A stretch of 64,000 nucleotides of DNA, from NCBI RefSeq assembly GCF_963921235.1, contig NC_086107.1:112842001-112906000 (forward strand), written 5' to 3'. The DNA is from Mobula hypostoma. Its lineage: Eukaryota. Below are positions 13,248 through 25,600 of this stretch, in pieces. The translations under genes were made by a program, and so were the position numbers. The notes beneath the pieces are model-generated. The model had not been told where the DNA came from and searched no databases. It worked only from the letters and a program-made list of their open reading frames with translations. Each line of letters opens with the position of its first letter. Position 1 is the first letter of the stretch.

Positions 13248-16200
13248 TGTTAGGGAATCAATCCTCATTCAATCAGGACAGAATGGTATGCCAGGAGATA
13301 GAAAGATATAGCTAAAATTGAGCTCCCAATCCAATAGAATACTTGCATGCCAAGCAATAAAAAAACCCAGCACATAGTACAGGTTACCACACTATGTTAC
13401 AGCATGTTACTAAGGTTCAGTGTTTATGGATTTGGACTACGTACTTTTTCAGTCTTATGGTTCTATATTCTGTGTTTTCACCCATTCTTTTTCTTTGTGC
13501 GGGGGTGGGGCAGGGGGTTTTAGGTGGGGGGGTGCCCATGTTCTTGGTAGTGTAGTGTGTGGAGGGAGCGGGATTCGGAGGATTTGATGTTTGCACTGTC
13601 GTTATTTTTGTGCAGAGGGGTGGGTGGGTTTGTTGTTTCTCTGACCTTTCTTTGGTTCATCTGGAGAATAAGAATCTCAGAGTTGGATACTGTGTTCATA
13701 CCTAGACAATAAACGAACCTTTCGAGCAAGCCAAATGATCACACCATCAGCAGGTTAGATCAAAATTCTAAATTCCTGACATGACCAATTTGAAGAGTGG
13801 AAAATCATTAAAATAAGTTCTGGGCATGCTATGTCGGTATCGGACACATGGTGACACTTGCAGGCCGCCCAAAGCACGTATTCGGACTTCATTGGTTGTT
13901 GACGCAAACACACTTCACTGTATGTTTCAATCACAAACAAAAGAAAATCTGCAGATGCCAGAAATCCAAGCAACAAAGAATGCTGAAGGAACTCAGCAGG
14001 CAGCATCTACGGAAAAAAGTACAGTCAATGTTTCGGGCCACGACCCTTCGTCAGGACTGGGAAGAAAAGATGAGTCAGAGTAAGAAAGTGGGAGGAGAGG
14101 AGGGAAAACCACAAGGTGGTAGGTGAAACTTGGGGGGGGGGGAAGGAGGGAGAAGTAAAGAGGTGGAAAGTTGATTGGTGAAAGAGATGAGAGATACAGG
14201 GCTAGAACAAGGCTGCCCTGCTCATTCCACCGAGATGCAACACAGAGCGCCACAGGAAGTCATTCCTGCCTGTGGCCATCAAACTTTACAACTCCTCCCT
14301 TGGAGGGTCAGACACCCTGAGCCAATAGGCTGGTCCTGGACTTATTTCCTGGCATAATTTACATATTACTATTTAATTATTTATGGTGCAACTGTAACGA
14401 AAACCAATTTCCCCCGGGATCAATAAAGTATGACTATGACTATGACGTTGATTTCTTGAAGTTCCGGTAATGCACCCCCGCCTTCACCATTCCCCTCTCT
14501 CACCTTATCTCCTTACCTGCCCACCACCTCCCTTCTGGTGCTCCTCTGCCTTTCCTTTCTTCTTTCTCTTGTCCTCTGCCATTAGACTCTCCCTTCTCTA
14601 GCCCTGTATCTCCTTCACCAATCAACTTCCCAGTTCTTTACTTCAATCCCCACCCCCGGTTTCACCCATCACCTTGTGGGTCTTCCTCCCCTCCCACCCC
14701 ACCTTCTTATTCTGCCTCATCTTTTTTTCTCACCAGCCCTGATGAAGGGTCTTGGCCCAAAACATCGACTCATAGATGCTGCCTGCCCTGCTGTGTTCCT
14801 CCAGCATTGTGTGTATGCCACTGTATGTTTCGATGTACACGTGACAAGTAAAGCTCATTTTAGCGTTCTACCTTTCTCAAACAGTTATCAGGAGAAAGCT
14901 CCAAGAATACCTCCACCCTCAATGAAAGAGGCCCAATATGAGTCTCAAGTGCAAGGTTAATGCACTCACAACTGCATTTAACTCAGAGTTTGGAGTGGAT
15001 AACCCATCTTGGCTTCCTCATGAGTTGTCTTGTCTTCAGTCAATGTAACGCTCCATAGTGTCAAGAATAGTGACAGTATGGGATGCAAAAAAGGTTATAA
15101 AGGCACACATCAATGTTTGTACAACAGAACTAGCTACACCTCTTGACAATTACAACACCGGCATCTACCCGATCAGGTAGAAAACTTTGCAGGCACATCT
15201 TGTCCATGGAGAGCAGCCAAAATCTAATAAGGTGAAATACTACCAGGTCTGTAGTTAATCATTACCAAATTAATGAAAGCTGCAGCAATTAGTCACAAAT
15301 AACCAGTTTACTGATACCCTGTTTAGGTTCTGCCAAGAAGATAGGCCTAAAATACATCACAGATTCACACAAACATGATCCAGGTATCAGATTTATTTAT
15401 CACATGTACATTGAAACATACAATGAAATGCATCGTTTGTGTTAACAACCAACACACCCAAGGATGTGCTGGAGGCAGCCCGTAAGTTTTGTCATATATT
15501 CTGGCATCAAAATAACATGCTTACAATAGGGGAAATTCCAGGGGCAATGTGAATGAGGCTGACTGTGGCATGAGGGACTTGGGTAAAAATGTAGCCAGTG
15601 AGTATCAAGTGAGAATATTCCAGTGGTTGGAGTCATACCTTACACAAAGGAGGACAATTTTGGCTGATGGAGGGCAGTCACTCTACCTACAGGACAAAGA
15701 CGCAGTTCAGTCCAAGTCGAGGCTACTATAGTGATGAGAGTCTCTCCACAAAGTCATAAATGCAGACATCTAATCATTGCACAACAGATAATTCCATTTG
15801 CAACTCCTCAGAAAATGCAGTAACTCATGCCTGGATGCCACTAAACCTAGATTATGTTCAGGCATGGGTGATAAGTGACAAGCAACATCTGTGTTACAAA
15901 ACTGGCATTTCCTATCTCTAGTAACAGAAGGTCTAACCACCCATCGTTGTCCTTCAGCACATAACAATTGTTCGATTCCCCGCCTTCAACTTCCTGAGGT
16001 CACCACTGAAAACTTTAGCTATAACAGCTGATCAGAAATGGGATATCCTGCAGCAAATGTCACCCCCCCCACCCACATTTCTGATGCCCAAAAATCTACA
16101 AGGTGCATCCAGATGTGCTGAAATGCTCTGGATTGGCCCAACTCCAACAACAGAAGACTCTAAAACAACATGTCCACGTCACTGGCTATCCATCCACCAC

Positions 16201-16545
16201 CCTTAATGTTCTTTCCATCACAAATGCAATGCATAGATACCCTACTGTAAAAAATATTTAAAATAGATCACAAGATATAGAATTCCAGTGGGTATGTCAA
16301 CTGGAGATACAGCATTGACTATGGACCCATTGAATACTGAAGCAAAAGGTTCTGCTTAGCAGTTGAGAATGAGACCCTTCAATGATATTTCTCTCCTTCA
16401 AATGTTTGGGTAATTACAGCTTCTGACTGAAGAACCACTAATTTCTTGGCCTTACTGTTTGTACACCGGAAGGAGAAATGGCCAAATAAGCTTAAATTAA
16501 TCAATTTATACAGAAGAAAAGAAACAGAGGTAACATGTTGCTTAC

Positions 16546-16675
16546 CAGATGCTGATCATTCAGTAAGTGCACAACTCGGGATGTCCACTCTCCCATGGGT
16601 ACCAAATCCGGGGAAGTCTTGTAGAGACGCAGCAGACACAAGGCAGCGCTCTGTTTCACACTATCCATTGTATCA
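16546..16675 (-). CDS. AP2A1: AP-2 alpha coding exon 5 ([43 protein letters not shown])
   Basis: gtcag acceptor, gtaag donor, 130 bp, frame continuous with exon 4. Confidence 0.95.
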
Positions 16676-17250
16676 CTGACAACACGGCGTCAAAAAGTTC
16701 AATGTCAGTAATGAACCAGAAAGCAACAGAAAAGTACAGGTGTTGTAAATCTAAAACTAACAAATGTGAGGAACATTCAGCATGTCAGACAGTATCTAAT
16801 TAGTTTCAGGTCAAAAAGTCTTTGTCAAGACCATAAAAGGGCTGATAAAATGGTATTTAAGTAGCAGGGTAGATGTCAGAAGAGGTGGATATAAAGAGAA
16901 TATCTGTGATAGGGCAAGACTCGGTTGCCACATGTATGTAGGGGTTGTCCAATTAAATAGATTGTTGGAGCTGCTATCAAATGGATCATTGGATGCTGCC
17001 ATCAAAAAAACTAAAGGTACTTCAAGGTGAAACGTTAACTCAGCTTCTTTCTTTTTTTTGTAATATAATTTTTATTGAATTTTCAAAAAGAATACATGAA
17101 AAAAAGAATCTACCCTCCCCCCTCCCCTTAACCCCCCCCCATATATAGTCCTACCTAAAAAGAAAGAAAAAGAAAAAAAAAAGAACCGCCTGGGTATTGG
17201 AAGGTTTCCACATGCTCCATGGGATTCAAAATAAATTTGGTATAATTATT

Positions 17251-17478
17251 GCAACATACATCAAAGTTGCTGGTGAACGCAGCAGGCCAGGCAGCATCTC
17301 TAGGAAGAAGCGCAGTCGACGTTTCAGGCCGAGACCCTTCGTCAGGACTAACTGACGAAGGGTCTCGGCCTGAAACGTCGACTGCGCTTCTTCCTAGAGA
17401 TGCTGCCTGGCCTGCTGCGTTCACCAGCAACTTTGATGTATGTTGCTTGAATTTCCAGCATCTGCAGAATTCCTGTTG
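17251..17478. mobile_element. Penelope-like terminal fragment forming a perfect 95-bp inverted repeat, nested in the L1 3'UTR
   Basis: Arms 17251-17345 and 17352-17446. 15-bp TSD tttggtataattatt at 17236-17250 and 17479-17493. Confidence 0.88.
17314..17349 (-). ncRNA. Minimal type I hammerhead ribozyme motif (predicted), sense to the AP2A1 pre-mRNA
   Basis: Minus strand AGTC-CTGACGA-A-GGG-TCTCGG-CCT-GAAAC-GTC-GACT. Confidence 0.7.
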
Positions 17479-20400
17479 TTTGGTATAATTATTCGTTACT
17501 TTCCCCAAGTGACCAAAATCTTTATCGGAGCACTTAAATATGCCATCCTATCTTTTGTAAATACGGGCGCCAAATATTCAAAAATGTTACATATTTATCT
17601 CTTAAATTATAAGTAATTTTTTCAAGTGGAATAGAACTGGCCATTTCATTATTCCAACGATCCATACTTAAATACGAATCAGATTTCCAAGTAACTGCTA
17701 TAGTCTTCTTAGCTACTGCCAATGCAATTTTTATAAATTCTTTCTGATATTTATTCAATTTAAGTTTCGGTTTTATCCCTTCAATATCACCTAATAAAAA
17801 TAATACAGGGTTATGTGGAAGTTGAGTTGCAGTAATTTGTTCCAATAAGACTCTTAAATTTATCCAAAAGGGTTGAATTTTAAAACAAGACCAAGTAGAA
17901 TGTAAAAAAGTACCAATTTCTTGATTACACCGAAAACATTTATCAGATAGATTTGAATTTAATCTATTTATTTTTTGCGGTGTAATATATAATTGGTGTA
18001 AAAAATTATATCGTACTAATCTAAGTCGAACATTTATTGTATTTGTCATACTGTCAAGACAAAGTCTTGACCAATTAGTTTCATCAATATTAAGATCTGT
18101 TTCCCATTTTTGCTTTGACTTATGGGTTCCTTGTTTAATTGTCTGTTCTTGAATTAAATTATACATACAAGAAATAATTTTTTTAATTTTCCCTCTTTGA
18201 ATTAAAATTTCAATTTCATTAGGTTTTGGCAAAAACGTTGTTTGACCCAGCTAACCTTTTAAGTAAGCCCTTAATTGAAAGTAACAAAAGAAAGTATTAT
18301 TAGATATTTTATACTTATCCTTTAATTGTTCAAATGACATCAATATACCTCGTTCAAAACAATCTCCTATAAATTTAATCCCTTTTTGGTACCAATTGTA
18401 TAAAAGTTGATCGTCCATTGTAAAAGGAATAAGTCTATTTTGGAACAAAGGTCTCCTTGCTAATAGAGATTTCTGTGTTTCATTATCAACATTTATCTTA
18501 TTCCATAGATCAATCAAATGTGTTAATATAGGAGATTCTTTCTTTTCCTGTATCGATTTAGATTCCCATTTATATATAAAATCTTCAGGTCTATTTTCTC
18601 CTATCTTGTCCAGTTCTATTTTAATCCATGCTGGTTTTCAATCATCGAAGAAAGATGCAATAAATCTAAGTTGATTTGCTTTATAATAGTTTTTAAAATT
18701 TGGAAGTTGTAACCCTCCTAACCCAAATTTACATGTCAATTTTTCCAATGATATTCTTGACATTTTACCTTTCCAAAGAAATTTTCTCACACATTTATTT
18801 AACTCTTGAAAAAATTTCTGTGGCAATTGTATTGGTAATGTTTGAAACAAATACTGTAATCTAGGAAAAATATTCATTTTTACAACATTGACTCTACCTA
18901 CTAATGTTATTGGTAATATCATCCATTTGTCAAGATCTTCTTGAATTTTTTTAAATAGTGGTAAATAATTAAATTTATATAAATTCTTTACATCATTATC
19001 AAGTCTTATACCTAAATACTTTATACCATTTACCGGCCATCTAAATTGGGTTACTAATCGACATTGACTATAGTCTCCTTTAGTAAGAGGTAAAATTTCA
19101 CTTTTATCCCAATTTATTTTGTAACCTGATACCTTCCCATATTCATCCAATCTAGAAGATAATTTATGTAACGAATGTTGTGGATTTGTTAACTCAGCTT
19201 CTTTCTATGAATGCTACCTGATCTGCAGTGTGTTACTAGCATTTTGTTTATGTTGCATTTGAAAGTCTTTGCACATGATCTGATATTATTAAATTGTAGT
19301 ATTTGGTTTAATGCAAAGTTACATCAAGCACTCCAAGGGCTGTCCCAGCATTGGTTAGTCATTGGATTTTAATTGTCCCTTTCTTAAATAGAAGCCATAT
19401 TTGTGCACGCAGTTAAAAAATAGAGCCCCAATACACCCCAGCAGATACCCAATGACATGCAGGTTGCTTCTTTTTAATGAGTTAAAGTTGCCCCAGGTGA
19501 GTTAAAGTGCCAGGTCTAATATCACCTCCCTGAACAAGGCACAGCAGCGCCTCCACTTCCGAAGAAGACTGAGGCAAGCAAGGCTCCCACCCATCTTAAC
19601 TACGATTACAAGAACGTCATTAAGAGTGTCCTGACAAGTTGCATCTCCATCTGGTACGGGAGCATCACACCAGAAGTCCCTACAAAGGACTGAAGGACTG
19701 TGAGAACGACTGAGAGGATTATTGGGGGGGGGGGGGTAAGGTCTTCATACCATCCAACAGGGACATTTATGCTATACCACCAAACACTGACAAGGCAATT
19801 CATTCACTTTTACCAGTTTCTGAAGACCACGTCAGCATTAACATGCCATCTACCCCATGTTGGAAACCACTGTCTTTTTAAAATGATTTTTTAATATATA
19901 AGATTTGTACTTTTAATGAACATGTATTTTTCACAATCATTGGCAGAAAGCTGCATAGTCATAGTCATACTTTATTGATCCCGGGGGAAACTGGTCTTCA
20001 TTACAGTTGCACCATAATTAATAAATAGTAAAAAAACCATAAATAGTTAAATAGTAATATGTAAATTATGCCAGGAAGTAAGTCCAGGACCAGCCTATTG
20101 GCTCTGTTTATCTGTTTATCAACTTTCTCATTCTTCATTGGCCAAGTACCTGCACAATACCCAAATGATGCAATTGTTTTAATTATTTAGCCTATTGATT
20201 TATCTCTATCCAAGGAAATTCTCTCATCTTATCCATAAAAGTTTGATTTCTCAAAAGTGCCATCATTTATTCCTTTGTCTTAAACCCCTTAACTGCAATC
20301 CCCCTCAGCATTGTTTCTCAACTCTATTTAATTTGCTTAATACTTGCATGTTTGTTTGAATTCTAAAATAATGAAATCTTGGAATTAAGACTGCTCGCTG

Positions 20401-20636
20401 TTTTTGGCTCCCCGAAAAACCCAAAGGATCAGAAATTAAACAGTGATCCTACACCCATAACACAAATCACCCTTCTCAGGTGGAAATGCTTAATGAGGGA
20501 CAGATGGAGAATCATTTATGACCAGAAATAAAAGGTTGAAATACTCCACTTCATTTTCTGTAGCACATTGGACAGAGAAAAATCTTTTATCCTAACTAAA
20601 AATACCAACAGCAGACGCAGTTGAGGACATACATAC

Positions 20637-20830
20637 CCAGCTACCAGGATTTTGGGAATCTCAGAAGCGAATGCCTCGGCCATTTCTCTGCTGCCGACAT
20701 TTGCAATGCAGTGCAGAGCGAGGCACATGAAGATAGGGTTACGGCTGGCCAAGTCGTTCTTGATGGCATTGTTAATCAGACGGATCAGCTCACTGTTGGA
20801 ATTTACCAGCACAGAGATGAAAAGGTAACC
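20637..20830 (-). CDS. AP2A1: AP-2 alpha coding exon 4 ([65 protein letters not shown])
   Basis: Lies within ORF 20516..20977. tttcag acceptor, gtatgt donor, 194 bp. Confidence 0.95.
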
Positions 20831-22535
20831 CTGAAAACACAAAAACACATATCCAAGGCTGGATTTGAAAAGGACAGCCATGGTATAACTGACCAATTTT
20901 GTGGCCTCAGAAGCTCTGGTAGCTGACATGACAGGGGAATTGCAAATAAACCACAAAGCTCTAGTTAAAAGGCACAATACAATTTAGATTCTCAACACAG
21001 GAGTTCCTGACCTTCCTTATGCCATAGACCCCAGGTTGAGAACTCTTGTTCTAAAACAAGATTTGGTGCACAGAAGGATCACTAACCTTAAATCTCTGTC
21101 AATGCTTAAGTGACCGGAACAAATTGTTGGCATCTTGATAGTTTTACCAAACTGCTAGTCAGCTGATGTTAAGATATGAAACATTGATTTATTTAGAGAT
21201 ACAGTGAGGAATAACCCCATCAGAGCCACACCGCCCAGCAACCTCCAACAGCCCCAATTTAACCCCAACCTAATCATGGGACAATTTACAATGACCAATT
21301 AACCTGCCAACTAATACATCCTTGGAAACTGGAGCACCTGGAGGAAACCCATGCATTCCTTGAGGAGGACGTACAGAGCATGCCAGGATTGAACTCCGAA
21401 CTCCAACACCCCAAGCCGTAATAGCGTCGCGCTAACTGCTACACTATCATGGATGTATGGTCAATAATAATAATCTGGAATATTATTTTATGTCAAGCCA
21501 TAGTATAAAAGCTGGCACTTATGGAATCAAGATAAATACACACTGGATGCAAAGGAGAAAACTCTGACATATCCAGCACGTTGCACACATCAATGTCAGA
21601 TTGTCATAATACACCCCAGCTAAACCAAGGGAGTCAAATCTCAAAAATTCACAGACATCAATAAATTAGTAGCTTGACTTGTGAATAGATAAACTGAGGA
21701 ATAATTTGAAACAGCTTTTCCTGCTATCCTGGCCAATATTTCGCTCTCAAACTTAAAAACTTAAATAGTTGCCTCTGATCATTATCTCAGCTCTACGCAA
21801 GACTGCACTATGTACAACATGGTTATAACCTCTCTTTGTACACAGCAGTGAGTACACAAGTGTTTTGCAATATGAGGGAAATTACATAAAGGGAAGATCT
21901 GTCTTTAGGAAGTCTGTGTGCAGCCTAATTATGAGAACAGATTAACTGTGCTATCCTTCTCAGTTGAAGAATATGTGACCCCTATGTTTTGAGTTGAGAC
22001 ATTAAGCAGAAATACTCTATTGAGACAAGCACTTGCTTTTAAATTTTATTTAGCTCTACAACGCGGAATACGCCCTTTCAGCCCTTCAAGTCACGGTGAC
22101 CCAGCAACCCCTGACAAATCCGATTAACCCTATCCTAATCACGGGACAATTTACAATGACCAATTAACCTGCCTGGTATGTCTTTAAACCCACACATTCC
22201 ATGGGGAAGATGTAGAGACTCCTTACAGAACGGCACCAGAATCAAACTCCAAACTCTGGAACGTCTCAAGTTCTCATAACATCGCGCTAACCACTAAGCT
22301 ATGTTGCCAACCCCAGACTTTTTTTGGAAAGACAATTGCTAATCAGAAATCTTGCCTAGTCTCAAGCTTCCAATTCTGATTAGTGAACTGAATAAAATGG
22401 GTGTGCAAGGGGAATGAATTTGATTGGCTGGTATCACCAGACAACCACTTTCCTTGAGATCTAACTTTCTGTCTAAAACAATCACACTACAATAACCCTT
22501 CCCACAGGTTTAATCAATCATAAACAAATACTCAC

Positions 22536-22678
22536 AATCTGCTTCTCGGTGTATTTATTAGAACTGAGCAGATTGACAGCCTCCATGTGGCCAAAATCAA
22601 TGTCATGGCCGAGCAGGAAGATGAAGAGCAGCTTGCAGACATACTTTTTCTTACTGTAACCATCCAGTGCCTTATCTC
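22536..22678 (-). CDS. AP2A1: AP-2 alpha coding exon 3 ([48 protein letters not shown])
   Basis: tttatag acceptor, gtgagt donor, 143 bp. SSNKY is the AP2A1-type reading. Confidence 0.95.
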
Positions 22679-25600
22679 CTATAAATCAGAAAAGAGAATT
22701 TCTCAGAAAGGTACAGAATGTGCAGCGAGCCAAAGGACAATACCTCATTTACTTATTTAGAATAGTCTCTTCAAGCCACGCCATCCTACAGCCCCCAATT
22801 TAACCCTAGCCTAATCCCCGGACAATTTACAATGAACAATTCACTTACTAATTGGTAGGTCCTTGGAATGTGGGAGGAAACAAAAGCACTTGGAGGAAGC
22901 CCACATATTCTACGCAGAGGACATACAAACTCCTTACGGAAGACACCAGGATTGAACTCCGACGCCCTAAGCTGTAATAACATCATGCTAACAGCTACTC
23001 AACCGTAACAATCATATCAGAGGGATAGTAGGTGAGAAGGCTGATTACCCCAAATTCCCAATTCTGATTCGGCCCAGTACCTCACAGGTAAAGCCCTCCC
23101 AACCACTGAGCACATCTACATGAAACGCTGTCGGAGGAAAGCAGCGTCCTTTAGCAAAGATCCTCACTACTCAGGTCAGGCTCTTTTCTGGCTGCCGCCA
23201 TCAGGCAGAAAGTACAAGAGCGGCAAGGCTCACAACACCAGATCAAGAACAGTTACTACCGTTCAACCAGCAGGCTCACGAATAAAAGAGGATAATTACA
23301 CTCATCTATTGAGCTGTTCCCACAACCAATGATTTCACTTTAATTTAAGGGCTATTTATCTTGTTATTTCCTGCTTTTGTTATTTATTGCTATTTATTTA
23401 TAGTTGCATTTGCAGAGTTTGTTCTTGCTCTTTCATTGAGCCTGTTTACAGTTACTATTCTATAGATTTGCTGGGTATGCCTGAGTACAAAAGAGCCTAA
23501 TAAACCAACAATTGCCGCCAAAGGTCACAGTTGAGAAAACAGTCAATTAGGCAAGAGCCATCTTCAGCCCCTTCATTACAAATAGATAAGTTTATTCAGA
23601 TTTCTGTATTTTTTCCTTCCTCCTCCCCCCACACCTTGCCCTGAATCCTAGTCACACTATCTAGAGTCTAGTAGAAAGTCAGGCTCTAGTCAAATAGTTT
23701 ACCCAAATAGAGACTTTTTTTTCCAAGAAACCAGCTGACTCATGACTAAAACAGGAAGCCCAAATGTGAAGGGAAATTGCTGTTTTCTCTCAGTTCCATG
23801 AATTGACCGCACTTAAATCTTAGGTGGACAGGATAAAGAACAATATAGGAAACTAAAAATTGTGCTGACCCACTGTGTTTGGAGGAGGGAGCCAGTCCCA
23901 CGTTTACTAGTAAACTGCAGCAATTATGAGCTTGCTTCTACTGCAGTGGTGAGAATTACAACACCAGCTCAGTTCCTTGATTTTAATATCTTAAATAATT
24001 TCCCAATTCTGGCTTCTGCTACGTTCTAGAATAGTACAACACTGAAAACTACTCTCCCTTCAGCAAAAGAAGGTAGATACAGAAATAAAAAAAATTTTAA
24101 AAACTCAAATTTTTCAGAAGATACTTCTTGGAAACTTTTTAGTTTCCTCAGGTATCTTGCCTCCACTGAACCACAACCTTCCTCAGTCTTTGTCAATCCC
24201 CACTGGCAGGTTATCCCATTACAGAAATAAAACCGAAAACACTTGTCAGGCTGGAGAGAGAAACAAACGTTCTACGTTCAAGATTGTTTACCATCTTTTC
24301 CTGTACACAAGTGTAAAGGAGAATTAAGTAATCGTTATTCTGGATCTGATGCAGCACAAAAGATAAAGAATAATAATTTAAAAAAACACAATAAATATAA
24401 ATACATAAGCTAGCTTCTATACCTACATTGACTATATGTCCATAAAGTGACACTAGCTGTACGTATGGTGACTGACAGGAAATAAAGTTATGGTGGTGTA
24501 GGTGGGTGGAAGTGCTGATCAGCCTTACTGCTTGGTGAAAGGAACTGTTTTTGAGTCTGGTGGTCTTGGTGTGGATGCTACATAGCCTCCTCTCTAATGG
24601 GAGTGGGTCAAACAGTCCATGAGTAGGGTGGGTGGGATCTTTCATGATGATGTTAGCCCTTTTTTCCGGCACCTTATAGTATGGTTGAAGACTAGTCCTA
24701 TGCACATTTAGACTGGTTTAGCTGTAATGGGCCTTTTTATTTCCCCCCTTTCTTTTCTTTCTCTTAATAACTGTTTGATAAAACTGAAATTGGTAGATAT
24801 GCTTTCTTTATAACTTTATGCTGGTGTATGATTTGTCATTTCTTGGCAGTACTCCCACAGCATTCGCTCCAATTGAGGTTCTGTTAATCTGAACATCCCA
24901 ACTTTCCTGTTTGGTTGAAACACTAAATCATGCAGAACCTAGACATATAAAGGTGGTCTTCTCATCACTGAGTCATGTGACTGTTAGCAGAGATAGCTAT
25001 CGCGCCAAGTTTGCATATGAGCCTGGTGAGAGGGTTTCATAAATTTTTATATTCCTTTACAAAATCCAGTTATTTCTTTGACAGCACCCAGGTAAATCCT
25101 CTACCCATCTCACTTGTCTTCCCCAACCCAAGGAAGCAGTAAAACAGGCCAACACCCTGGATGCCACAAAAATAGAAGTGGTGGAACATGATGCAGGGTT
25201 TGAGTTGAAAGATCAACTATTCCTTACGTTTCCTCCCACCCCTCCCACGTACGCTGGCTGACACTCCAACAGATTTAGTCAGGGAACATCTGCAGAAAGA
25301 GAAAAAAAATTCAGAACACCTTAACTACCACCTCAGAAAAGATGCACTATGTGGGGAGCCTTTGATTTAAGCTCCTTGGTGTCAGTTTTGGCAATCTTTT
25401 ACCAGCTAAGCCACCAGGAAGCACTCAGTTTTCCTCTTCCTAAAGTTCATTCAGTTCTGCTACACGCTCCTAGAAGACAGCGGCGCGGCTAATGTAGATG
25501 AACTGGACACACTGATGAGGGAGAGGGAGAAGTGGAGAGTCCATCATCGTGCCCGACGCCGGCTGCCTAGGCCTGAGTCGACGTCGTAGCAGTAGTAGTA

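Larger units (their letters stand above)
17053..19187 (-). mobile_element. 5'-truncated L1-clade LINE (3' half of ORF2, 3'UTR, polyA) in AP2A1 intron 4
   Basis: Broken ORFs 18638-19150 (SGYKINWDKS, IKYLGI), 18251-18517 and 17534-18232 (CCHC knuckle CFRC...H...C). AATAAA (minus strand) at 17071-17076 and a T-run tail. Flanking duplication gttaactcagcttctttct at 17034-17052 and 19188-19206. Confidence 0.92.

Noticed and set aside
20732..20734. RNPIFM versus mammalian RNPTFM as a functional change
   Set aside because: Single substitution at a position I recall being variable in invertebrate alpha-adaptins; no evidence of significance.
20516..20977. 153-aa single-exon ORF
   Set aside because: Only 20637-20830 is the AP2A1 exon; the rest is intronic read-through.
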